Assembly (NCBI GenBank): GCA_951406725.2
Contig: OX597830.1
Location: forward strand, 32,364,001 to 32,428,000
Direction: 5' to 3'
DNA from: Octopus vulgaris
Taxonomy: Eukaryota
DNA length: 64,000 nt
Positions 41,676 to 55,642 of this stretch are shown piece by piece (position 1 is the stretch's first letter; every line of letters starts with the position of its first letter). The position numbers were made by a program, and so were the translations under genes. Below the pieces are notes generated by a model that saw only the letters and a program-made list of their open reading frames with translations, was not told the origin of the DNA and ran no database searches.

Positions 41676-42356
41676 CAGTGGTTCTTAACCCTTTTTTTAA
41701 CAATGGAGTCTTTTAGTTCCTATTTTACTCAGATGGACCCTCAGAACAATTCAATGTTCAAAGAACTATTTTATTTTTATAGTTAAATATTGTTAGGAAT
41801 TGTATAAAAATAATGATTGGCTGTGTGGTAAGTAGCTTGCTTATGAACCATATGGTTCCGGGTTCGTTCCCACTGCGTGGCTCCTTGGGAAAGTGTCTTC
41901 TACTACAGCCTCGGGCCGACCATAGCCTTGTGAATAGATTAGGTAGACAGAAACTGAAAGAATCCTGTCATATATATGTAGAAATATATATATATATGTA
42001 TGTGCGTGTGTATATGTCTGTGCGTCTGTGTTTGTCCCCCCCCCTCCAACATTGCTTGACAACCGATGCTGGTGTGTTTACGTCCCCGTAACTTAGCGGT
42101 TCGGCAAAAGAGACTGATTGAATAAGTACTAGGCTTACAAATAATAAGTCCTGGGGTCGATTTGCTCGACTCAAGGCGGTGCTCCAGCATGGCAGCAGTC
42201 AAATGGCTGAAACAAGTAAAAGAGTTAAAGAGTAAAAGGAGTAATATATTTTGTGTATAGTAGCAGCATAAACCAATTTATTGCAGATAAATTTTAACAA
42301 CAAAATATTTTTTATGGACTCCCAAGGGTCATATGGACCCTGGTTGAAAACCAGTA
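41676..42356. mobile_element. hAT/Charlie-like MITE containing a full SINE-A (41815-42243, +)
   Basis: Ends CAGTGGTTCTTAACC / GGTTGAAAACCAGT; 8-bp TSD not recognisable. Confidence 0.6.
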
Positions 42357-42809
42357 CTGTTAGGTATCTTGGGCAAGATTGCAAAGGGAGAAGTCACAGG
42401 TGTGTATGTGTGGTGAAGGAATTTGGCTCCTGGCCATGTTGTCTAGGGTACAGTTACATTGTGCAGCACCTTGGTTTACTTGACCGAAATATACTGCATG
42501 AACTTGACCTACATGCATGCACAGCATGGTAGTTGATCCTAGATATATTTCCTAATATTTCTTATCAGTTTTACAGTGATTGTCCCTCTCGAAATCACCA
42601 AAAGGTTACTAATCAAATCAAAATACTTTTTTTATATTTCAGTATTACACTGTATATCAGTTACATTGATTGCAGTGTCATGCATTGACAGACTTCCTCA
42701 CTCAGTCTATATATGTATATTTTAGAAGAAAAAGGACAACAAAATCTAGTATCTCAAGTCATTTAGAATATTTTATTGGAGTAAGGTAAATTTGAGGTAA
42801 TTAATTAAT

Positions 42810-43123
42810 TACATTATCTACATTTGACAGATATTTATCCTCATCTTGTTTGTTGTTAACACGTTTCGGCTGATATACCCTCCAGACTTCTTCAGGTATC
42901 TTTGGGAAATTTTGAACCTGGGTTCTCATTCCTAAAGTATTTTTTCGATGTTGTTGTTGTTGTTATTATTATTATTATTATAATTATCATTGTTATCATT
43001 ATTATTATTATTATTATTGTTATTATTATTATTATTATTATTCAGGTCACTGCTTGGAATTGAACTCGGAATCTTGGGGTTAGTAGCCCGTGCTCTTAAC
43101 CACTATGCCATATGACCATGGGC
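42810..43123 (-). mobile_element. Family P1 monomer (tRNA head, (AAT)n, decayed hammerhead)
   Basis: Minus strand TGGCATAGTGGTTAAGAGCACGGGCTACTAACCCCAAGATTCCGAGTTCAATTCC…CTGAAGAAGTCTGGAGGGTATATCAGCCGAAACG. Confidence 0.82.
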
Positions 43124-43671
43124 TGCATTAAACAGTGTTTCAACCAAAGCCTTGTGAGTGAATTCAATAGATGAAAATTGAAAGAAATTTACTGTACATA
43201 TATATGTGTCTGCGTGTGTGTGTTTATATGTATGTATACACGTGTATTATGTATACATATATGTGCAAGTGTATCTATATATATATATACCTCTGTGTGT
43301 GTATTTGTCCCCTCCACCGAGTCAACAATCCATCTTGTTTTATATTTACATTCCCTTAACTTATCAGTTCAGCAAAAGATAGAATATGCACCAGGCTTGA
43401 AAAATGGTGGTGCTCCAGCATGGCTGCAGTCCATTGACTGAAGCAAGTAACAGATGCCATTTCCAGAAGAAACTCTACTGAATATCTAACAATGGATCTT
43501 GGTCAAATGAGATTTAATGTCTCATGGCCAGATAGCATGTCACCATGTTGTAATTCAGGTCAAGTACCTCACGATGTGTCAATACATTTTACTAATCTCT
43601 ATCAAGTACCTCAGAGTGGATCAAGGTCAAGTACATTGTATGTATCCATATCGGTAAAGTACCACTTAATT

Positions 43672-43891
43672 CAGTTCTATATTTAAGAGATGAGGAATTA
43701 TGTACATTATTTACATTATTTACATTCGACGGATATTTGTCCTCATCTTGTTTGTTGTTAACACAACATATGCCCACAGGCACAAGGCTTTGGTTGGCAC
43801 AGCTTTTAATACAGCCCACCGTCATATGGCGTAGTGGTTTAGAGCACGGGCTACTAACCCCAAGATTCCGATTTCACTACCAGGCAGTGAT

Positions 43892-43955
<64 letters not shown>

Positions 43956-44335
43956 TTGTAGCTGACGATATGTGCATCTCTGATCACGAGCAGAAGTAGT
44001 GGGGGAGCATCATAGCCATGTGTTGAGAGGGATTCTTCGGGGTTTGAATAATTCACCTCTGGAAACATGGGTGGTTCTTTCAACATCCTTAAACAATCCT
44101 TATTCAGGGACCTTTTGAGCAGGATGGGCTACTCAACCTGAAGAAAATTCTAACTGGGCCCCACCTGCAAGGTCATGTGGTGTTTATCTTGATATGAGAT
44201 CACCATGTCGCGCACATATGGTTGTGATGCATGTGCCTGGTGTACCCTTATCAGACGGGTAGTCATGATGGGTATATTGGGCTTCGTATATTTTACCCCA
44301 GTGTCACTTTGATGGCATGCACTGCTCTCTCACTC

Positions 44336-44370
<35 letters not shown>

Positions 44371-44520
44371 CAACAACAACAACATCAAAAAAATAACTTA
44401 GGAATGAGAACCCAGGTTCAAAATTTCCCCAAGACACCTGATGAAGTCTGGAGGGTATATCAGCCGAAACGTATTAACAACAAACAAGATGAGGACTAAT
44501 ATCCGTCAAATGTAAATAAT
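43672..44520. mobile_element. Family P1 element with inverted ends and a 13-bp TSD
   Basis: GTACCACTTAATT at 43659-43671 and 44521-44533; minus-strand 3' segment 43672-43767, then a plus-strand unit from about 43815 with hammerhead core at 44438-44470. Confidence 0.85.
43957..44335 (+). mobile_element. Unclassified non-coding insertion in the (AAT)n spacer of the P1 element
   Basis: About 380 bp absent from the other P1 units, with AAT repeats on both sides. Confidence 0.65.
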
Positions 44521-44714
44521 GTACCACTTAATTTATCTACAGCTAGTGTTATACAAGATATCTCGATCAAGTATTTTGCAATGTGTTTAAAGCATGACAC
44601 ATCAAGAGCTGGGGACCCAAGCCCTTGGGCCGCTACAAAAAAAATTAATTTTAATTTCTGTTTATTGATTATCGCAATTATGCTGGGTTTTTTTTATTTT
44701 ATATCTTTCATCTT

Positions 44715-45215
44715 TTGTATTTTATTAATCTCAGTCATGAGACGGCGGCCATGCTGGGGCACTGCTTTGAAGAATTTTAGTCGAACAAATTGACTCCACT
44801 ACTTATTTTAAAGTCTGGTACTTGTTTTATCGGGCTCTCTTTTGCTGAACCGTTAAGTTATGGAGACATAAACATACTGTCAAGTGGTGATGAGGAACGA
44901 ACAGACATATATATATGTATGTATGTATGTATGTATATATATGACACACTTCTTATTTCTTTATTGCCCACAAAGAGCTAAACATAGAGGAGACAAACAA
45001 GGACAGACAGAGGAATTAAGATGATTACATCGACCCCAGTGCGTAACTGGTACTTAATTTATCGACCCTGAAAAGATGAAAGGCAAAGTCGACCTCGGTG
45101 GAATTTGAGCTCAGAATGTAACGGCAGACGAAATAGTGCTAAGCATTTCACCTGGTGTGCTAATGTTTCTGACACACTTCTTTCAGCTTCTGTTTACCAA
45201 ATCCACTCACAAAAC
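44715..45215 (-). mobile_element. SINE-A interrupted by SINE-B1 (44955-45169)
   Basis: TSD TGACACACTTCTT at 44942-44954 and 45170-45182. Confidence 0.88.
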
Positions 45216-45974
45216 TGTAGACCCCAGCTCCCAAGGAGATTTTGGTATGAGATACCTTATCCTTCCAGGAGAGACCGAGGAAACTTAGGAGCGATCTGAT
45301 CTTATTAAGAGTGTACAAGAATGTTATCTCTATTTCACAACAACACAATAGTCAACAACTTCTGAGCTCTGCCATCCTGTAACAAATAACTTTTGCTAGT
45401 ATAGTTTGGTTCAACTCCAGCCCTGATTGAGCAGATCTATGCTCGAATGTGTTCACACCATGACTTTCTTCAGTTTTAGATATCACCAATTCTATGAATA
45501 GTAGATATGCTAGTCATTTTGAGCTCTGAATTAGTAAAGGATGTTATAATCTTTTACTTAAAAGTCTTCAAAATTTAGTCATCGATATGACATGATACAT
45601 GTTGCCTGCATAAAAACTGACAAATACAATCCACAAATTTATTCTGTAAAATGCTCAATACGTATAAGTATAAAGACCAAGTAGGTCACATGTATTTGCA
45701 CTATTGAACAATCACATTGATATGACACAAGTCTGCTACTCTTCATATTTTGATTTGGATTAAAGTTTACTTCAAGAAAAAGGTCTTGGAAAATTAGATT
45801 CAAGGAGAAATTTTCTAGCAGGTTTAACACACAGCCCCATCCCTCCCTAGGATAGAAATAATCCTTGTAATATTATTTGGTTCAGATCCTGCTTCTCCTT
45901 AAATGCTTACATAATTATAATTAAACAATTCCCAGCTCTAATGTATAAACATTTTCCGGTCAACCATCTTTATA

Positions 45975-46390
45975 ACTCTTTACTCTTTTTTTACTCTTTT
46001 ACTTGTTTCAGTTATTTGACAGCGACCATGCTGGGGTACCGCCTTTAGTGGAGGAAGTCGACCCAAGGACTTATTCTTTGCAAGCCTAGTACTTATCCTA
46101 TCGGTCACTTTTACCGAACCGCTAAGTTACAGGGACGTAAACACACCAGCATCAGTTGTCAAGCAATATTGGTGGGAACAAACACAGACACACAAACACA
46201 CACCTATATATATATATATATATACATATATGTATATATGATGGGCTTCTTTCAGTTTCCATCTACTAAAATCACTCACAAGGCTATGGTCGGCCCGAGG
46301 CTATAGTAGAAGACACTTGCCCAAGATGCCACATAGTGGGACTGAACCCAGAACCATGTGGTTGGTAAGCAAGCTACATACCACACAGCC
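45975..46390 (-). mobile_element. SINE family A, full length
   Basis: Complete tail (TACTCTTT repeats) to head. Confidence 0.92.
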
Positions 46391-47569
46391 AAGAAAATCT
46401 TTTCTAGAAAGTTCCTTGAAGGTAACTACATCTGCACCACAAAGAGGAATACACATGTCCACTAATCCAGACATACAATTTTGAGTCAATCATTATCAAA
46501 CTGAATGGATACCAATCTCACTACACACACCAAGACATGAAGTGTATGTACAGCAGAAAACAAATATATATCTTAATGAACTTGAAAAACATTGTGAGCT
46601 ACTTAAACACTATGGCAAATGTTTTCTGCAAAGTCCCTTATTTTGATAAATACATTCTCAGCCAGTGGCAAACATTATCCAAATCCTTCACGGACGTGCC
46701 AACAATCCATACATATTAAGGACACCAATCGTTTTAACATCTTGCCTTTTAAAGATTATTCCTGACATTTTACAAATACATAGATTTTAACATTTTTCAT
46801 TTAGCTAATACATATGTATTGAAATACTCCTACACAGTTTTACATGCCAAATAAGCACAGAGCAGTTTATAAGTGCAATACTCCTCTTCTCACTTTCTCT
46901 CCCTTGCTCATTCTCTCCATCTTCATTTTCTCATCCCTTCTTGCTCTCTTATTCTCACTTCCTATCCGATTTCTTTTTCTATATCCTGTATTTTCGCTTT
47001 CCTCCTCTCCTTTCGCTCTAACTGTAATTGAGGTTATATTACCATTTCTAGTCCTTCTGTCCAACTCCTCAGCTACCATTTTACACCAGCCCTGCCATGT
47101 AATCATGTATTTCTCTTTTACTCTTGCTTCTTTTATTACTTTTCCTTCTTTTACATTCTTTTCTGTTACTTCCATCTGGAATGTTAATTTGCATTATCCA
47201 CTTCTTTGATTGATGTTTTTCATTTCATATTTCTACACTTTTTCAGCTACATGTGAATTGCTAGTCTAACTTCATGCATTGTTTGCTTGTCACCACTTTG
47301 TTTTATAATATAACTCATCTTATTTATGTGAATGTTATCAATTAATCTATCTAATTCTCACTATCTTTCTATCTGTGTACACACGCACACTCACACATAT
47401 GTATGTATGTGTATATATATATATATAGATATATATAGTGTAAAAGCAGGAAAATGCACAATGTTTACATAGTTTAAATATATTTCAAAATATATTTTAT
47501 AAGTGAAAGAGTATTGTGTTTGTCGACTGGTTTCACTTTCGCTAATCGAAATTCTCCTCTTCACTTATT

Positions 47570-49980
<2,411 letters not shown>

Positions 49981-50634
49981 ATGTACTTGTGTGTGAAAAC
50001 AAGAATATTCTCAATCTAAATAAAGAACTTCATACTTCAAAAAGTAGATTTTTATTTATTTATTTATTTACTTACTTATTTATTTATTTATCAGCTTACA
50101 AATCTGTTTCATTCATTTTTGATTTCTTCCGAGCTAATGAGAGGAAAAAAAAAATTATTGGTGAATTAATCATATAAGATAGGAGGAATGAAATGAGGGA
50201 TAAAAGAAAAGTGTCAGAGCAATGGGGCAAAAATATGAGAGAATTAGATAAGAGAGGCAAGTGGAGATAAAATTGAAAGAGTGACTGTTTAATTCCATAT
50301 TTAGAAAAAAAAAAAGAAGAATTTTGATATTCTATGTGTCAGCTATAGATTTTATAATGGTAAAATAAAAATAAGCAAAAAAGCAAAAAAAAAAAAAATA
50401 ATAATAATATGCAAAAATGGTAACCTTTTGAAAAAGTCCCAAGCTATTTATAGAAAAACATCTACCTATGGGATACGAATTAAAAAGCAGAATTGAGTTC
50501 AAAATTAAAACCAGTTACTAAAGAAGGATCATAGAAGCAAATGTTACAAAGGAACATTGAAAACTTTGTGACATGTAAGAAGTGCATGTAGGAAGTGCAA
50601 TACTAATTTAGTAAATAATTCTGCAGATATTTAA

Positions 50635-51027
50635 CCCTTTTGATACCAACCTGGCTGAAACTGCCTCTGGCTCTGTAGTACAAATGTCTTGTTTCCATAA
50701 GTTCTGAATTAAAATCTTCCACCAAACCTTTGCCACATTTTATGTTCCTAACACTAGCTTAATGGTAACTAAGGTTATTTTACTAAATTCTTTGTTACAT
50801 TTAACCCTTTTGATACCAACCCGGCTGAAACCAACTCTGGCTCTGTAGTGCAAATGTCTTGTTTCCATAAGTTCTGAATTAAAATCTTACACCAAACCGT
50901 CACCATAATTTACGTTCCTAACACTAGCTTAATGATAACTAAGGTTATTTTACTAAATTCTTTGCTATATTTAAAATTATCTGAAAGAAACACAGAACAT
51001 CACAACAGAAATACAGTAATGAAAGGG
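50635..51027. mobile_element. piggyBac-type (TTAA) MITE with a 170-bp tandem duplication of its left part
   Basis: TTAA-CCCTTT at 50631 and 50801; AAAGGG-TTAA at 51022-51031. Confidence 0.8.
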
Positions 51028-51439
51028 TTAATTCTTTGATTGTGGAGATCAAATATATCACTTCATAATTCCATTACCCTTAACTGTAGAAAGCAGTTTT
51101 ATATACCATTCTGTCTTATGTTGAGAAATATCATATTTGAAACTATTCTGTGTTGAGGTATGTCTTGTTTATCAATACAGAATTACTTGCACAAAGTACT
51201 AATTCTACTTTGTGGTAAGTTTTGAGGGCAATGTAGAAGCATTTTAATGTACACTAAGGGAAGTAACTCTGATAAGGTCATGGTGAGAGTGTGTTGATGG
51301 CAGTATTTACACAATTGATATTTCACCACTATGACTACCAATGTTATTTCTAAACCTTGCTATCGAGTTTGAAAGCAGAGGCCACAGAGATGAGTTTCAG
51401 CAAGATCTTGTAAAATCTCCAGTTCTTAAATGCACAAGT

Positions 51440-51870
51440 CTGAGTGGCTGTGTGGTAAGTAGCTTGCTTGTGAACCACATGGCTCCGGGTTCAGTCCCAC
51501 TGTGTGGCACCTTGGGCAAGTGTCTTCTATTATAGCCTCAGGCTGACCAAAGCTTTGTGAGTGGATTTGGTAGACGGAAACTGAAAGAAGCCCATTGTAT
51601 ATATGTTTATATATATATGTGTGTATGTATGTGTGTATGTGTGTATACGTTTGTGTGTCTGTGGTTGTCCCCCCAAAATCGCTTGACAACCGATGCTGCT
51701 GTGTTTACGTCCCTGTAACTTAGTAGTTTGACAAAAGAGACCAATAGAATAAGTACTGGGCTTAAAAAGAATATGTCCTGGGGTCGATTTACTCGACTAA
51801 AGGTGGTGCTCCAGCATGGCCACAGTCAAATGACTGAAACAAGTAAAAGAGTAAAAAAAGAGTAAAGAGA
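51440..51870 (+). mobile_element. SINE family A, full length
   Basis: Complete head to AAAAGAGT tail. Confidence 0.92.
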
Positions 51871-52299
51871 AATGCCTAAGATACTAAAAAATATCAGTAG
51901 GTGGGCACCTAAGAGCCATGACCTGGATGCATCCCAGCACCTTGGGAGAGTAAGATGGAAATCCCTCTTTGAGTGGGGTTTCATCTATGGAGATCTTTTG
52001 CTATTCTGCTTCTCCTGAGAGGTTCTTACCACATTCTTTCCACTCATTGCAGCAATAACTACAAAGTTTTTATTTTGCACATAAAGAGTTAAGATAAAGT
52101 ACGCTGCATCAGAGACAAAGCATTTGCAGAAATATTTAGTGCAGTAACTGGAGATGTGATATGTCCTGACTGATGTCCTGATGCATTTCTACAAGAATTT
52201 AAATGACATTTAGTAAAGACACTGAAGAAGGTTTATTTCTTTGGCAATGATATGGAGAACTGCAAATAACAATTTTTAACATGTAAAAGTGCCAGTGCA

Positions 52300-52485
52300 A
52301 TGTAAATGTGCAAGTGGCCACGTAAAAAGCACTCAGAACACCCTACTGAGTGGTTGGTGTTAGGAAGGTCATCCAGCCATAAAGCACCTGCCAAAATAGA
52401 CAACAGAAGCATAGTGCAGGCTCCTGCCTGGCCAGCTCCTGTCAAACTGACCAACCCATGCCAGCATGAAAGGAGGACGTTAAAC

Positions 52486-52545
<60 letters not shown>
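52300..52545 (+). mobile_element. 3' part of SINE family E with (GAT)n tail
   Basis: GGTTGGTGTTAGGAAGGTCATCCAGCC…CCAACCCATGCCAGCATGAAAGGAGGACGTTAAAC(GAT)n; decayed minus-strand relative at about 58085-58175. Confidence 0.62.
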
Positions 52546-52546
<1 letters not shown>

Positions 52547-52954
52547 GGTGCTCGTTAGATTCTTAGGTAAGGATCCACAGCACACACATGGTCTTTTGCA
52601 TGTGGTTGATATTATTTAACTTCAGATCAAATTTGGTCAAAATTGTTTTCGCTATGGCTTTTATGTATTATGTAGAACAGCATTGTTCAATGTGTTATTT
52701 CATTTTTGATGACGAAAATAAAAGAGAGAGTGAGAGAGAGAGAGAGAGAGACTGACTGAGGATGATGGAAGGAGTGTTGAACATGTGTAGATCCACTGTC
52801 ATTCTTTGTTACACAGGTGGTGAGATACAGAGATGAGAGAAAGAGGGTGATTGATAGACGATAGCATAAGAAAGAGTTGTGAAAGTAGCAGGTGGGGACA
52901 TAACAAGCATGATAGATGGGAGATCTAAATATAGATATTAAACATTTCACCTCC

Positions 52955-53228
52955 AACACCACCACCATCACCATCACCATATAAATGCACATTTTGCCAT
53001 ATTTGTAAGGATAGGTGGACATACTTTTTCCAGTGCTGTGTGTTACCACATACCTTTGGCCCTTTGTCAACTCCCTTGCAAAGTTCATCTTTTTCAGATT
53101 AGTTTGCACAACTTTGTCTCAGATTTTCTCAGATCTCCCTTTTCCACAAGTTCCATACACATTAAGTATTCAGTACTTCATTATACAAGTGAACTCTTTC
53201 ACGTGTATCACATGACCATACCAACAAA
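52955..53228 (-). pseudogene. 3' end of an RTE-clade LINE
   Basis: WYGHVIHV…LNVYGTCGKGRSEKI*DKVVQTNL resembles the RTE WxGHV…RGRPxxxW C-terminus; followed by (GGT/GAT)n on the minus strand. Confidence 0.6.
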
Positions 53229-53244
53229 ATATTCCCATTTGTAC

Positions 53245-54140
53245 AAGGCGGTGAGCTGGCAGAAACGTTAGCATGCTGGCCAAAATGCTTAGCATCATTT
53301 CGTTAGTCTTTACATTCTGAGTTCAAATTCTGCCAAGGTCGACTTTGCCTTTCATCCTTTTGGGGTCAATAAATTGAGTACCAGTTGCATACTGGGGTTT
53401 ATCTAATCGACTGTGGCTCTCTCCCCCAAAATTTCGGACCTTGTGCCCAGAGTAGAAAAGATTATTATTGAAGGTAGTGAGCTGGCAGAAACGTTAGCAT
53501 GCCGGGTGAAATGATTAGCAGTATTTTGTTGGTCTTCCCATTCAAAGTTCAAATTCCACCGAGGTTAACTTTGCCTTTCATCCTTTTGGGGTTGATAAAT
53601 TAAATACCAGTTGCGTACTGGGGTTTATCTAATCGACTGGCTCTCTCCCCAAATTTTCGGACCTTGTGCCCAGAGTAGAAAAGATTATTATTGAAGGTAG
53701 TGAGCTGGCAGAAACATTAGCATGCTGGGTGAAATGCTTACCAGTATTTTGTCTGTCTTTACGTTCAGAGTTCAAATTCCACCGAGGTTGACTTTGCTTT
53801 TCATCCTTTTGGGGTTGATAAATTAAATACCAGTTGCATACTGGGGTTTATCTAATCGACTAGCCCCCTCCCCCCAAAATTTCGGGCCTTGTGCCCAGAG
53901 TAGAAAAGATTATTATTAAAGGCAACAAGCTGGCAGAAACGTTAGCATGCCGGGTGAAATGATTAGCAGTATTTTGTCTGTCTTTACGTTCAGAGTTCAA
54001 ATTCCACCAAGGTTAACTTTGCCTTTCATCCTTTCTGGGTTGATAAATTAAGTACCAGGTGCATACTAGTGTCAATCTAATCGACTGGCCTCCACCTCCC
54101 CAAAAATTTTGGGTCCTGTGCCTAGAGCTGAAAAGGAATA
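53245..54140 (+). mobile_element. Tandem array of four SINE-B2 units (about 224 bp each)
   Basis: Units start at about 53245, 53471, 53693 and 53919, joined by AGTAGAAAAGATTATTATT. Confidence 0.92.
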
Positions 54141-54259
54141 TCCTCATTTGTACAAAACATCTGAGTCCCCTTAAAACCAGCTGTTTTCTCGCCTCTTTTG
54201 TGCTCCTTCACTCATGCATTATACATTCAGCAAAGCACCATAGGCTTCATTTCTTGTAT

Positions 54260-54466
54260 CTTTTATCGTTTACTTGTTTCAGTCATTATACTGTGGCCAT
54301 GTTGGGGCACCAGTCAAATGGATCAACCTAGTGCTTATTTTTCTGTAAAGCTACTTATACTATTGGTCTCTCTTTTGCTGAACTGCTAAGTTATGAGGAC
54401 ATAAACACACCAACACTGGTTAACAAGTCATGGTGGGGACAAACACATACACAAACACATGCATAC

Positions 54467-54516
<50 letters not shown>

Positions 54517-54692
54517 TCACATATATACGATGGGCTTCTTTCAGTTTCCATTCACAAAATCCAGTCACAAGAGTTTGCTTAGCCCAAAGCTATAGTAGAG
54601 GACACTTGCCCAAGGTGCCACACAGTGAGACTGAAACTGGAACCATGTGGTTGGGAAGCAAACTTCTTACCACACTGCCTCACCTGCGCCTG
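54260..54692 (-). mobile_element. SINE family A
   Basis: Reverse complement, tail to head. Confidence 0.85.
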
Positions 54693-54990
54693 TACAAATT
54701 TTCTTTAACATCGATGTGATTTGAACCCACACCCTTCTGATTTGGTGTCAGATATGCTATGTTGCCCCACAGACCATATGTCCTTTAGAATTCCTTTACA
54801 TTTTTAATCTGAACTGAGCAGGGCCAAGCAACTACAATATTAATTTGTAATAAATGGAACCAGACCCTGAAATTTTGTGGGGATTGGGGTTAGTAGATTA
54901 CATTGAACCCAATAATGAAGGTCTGCATTTTTGCTCTTGTTACATCTAGGTAGGTTTAGGTACAAATATGATTTCTGTATAAGTTTTAAG

Positions 54991-55642
54991 AGAATATCTT
55001 CTCCATTTTAGACAACAATGTGTTCATTACAATCATCACATTGGTGCACAGCATTCTGGGACACTGGTGTTTCAATATGTTGTGCCTCATCAGTCAGAAA
55101 TACTTGGAGCTTTGAGACCAGGCAAAGCTGCTGGCTTTGTTTATACTTTCAGCAAGCACAGCTGTTTGCTGATCAGTGCTTATATCTGCCAGCTGATAAA
55201 AAAAATTGTTGTTTGCATCACCTACAGTGAAATGATATTTATTCTTAACACATCTTGGTGTGTTCAGATGCAAAATATGCTGGGTGCTGTTGCATATTTG
55301 TCAGGAGAATAACTTCTCTCTTTTCAACAAAAGTGTGTTCAACACACTGGTCTTATTGGTGCATAGCATTCTGGGATATCAGTGTTTCGACATTTTGTGT
55401 CTCATTTAATATGAAGAAGTTATTCTTCTGTGACATATACTACAATGCACAGCATATTTTGTGTTTGAACTTGTCAAGACATGTGTAAAATAAATACGAA
55501 AATCACAGTAGATGGCACAAGTGACAATTTTTATTGGTTGGCAAATATAAGCACTGATCAGAAAATGATTGTTTGCTGAAAATATAAACAAATCCAGCAG
55601 CTTTGGTTAGTCTCAAAGTTCCAGCTATTTTTGGCTGATGAT
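54991..55642 (-). mobile_element. Retrozyme/PLE-like repeat: 315-bp unit, partial tandem copy and inverted copy
   Basis: GCATTCTGGG at 55051 and 55366; 55415-55641 is the reverse complement of about 55087-55316; hammerhead motif on the minus strand. Confidence 0.72.
55054..55099 (-). ncRNA. Type I hammerhead ribozyme motif (decayed)
   Basis: TTCTGA-CTGATGA-GGCACAACATATT-GAAAC-ACCAGT-GTC-CCAGAA; the second copy supplies intact stem II GACA CAAAA TGTC and the inverted copy supplies TGG-CTGATGA. Confidence 0.7.

Noticed and set aside
43823-43893. tRNA gene
   Set aside because: A box present, but the acceptor stem and B box are imperfect and it is always fused to the same repeat body; it is a SINE-type head, as are the other tRNA-like heads
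46844-47209. Hydrophobic 121-aa ORF and opposite-strand charged ORF
   Set aside because: Pyrimidine/purine strand bias explains both; no recognisable domain
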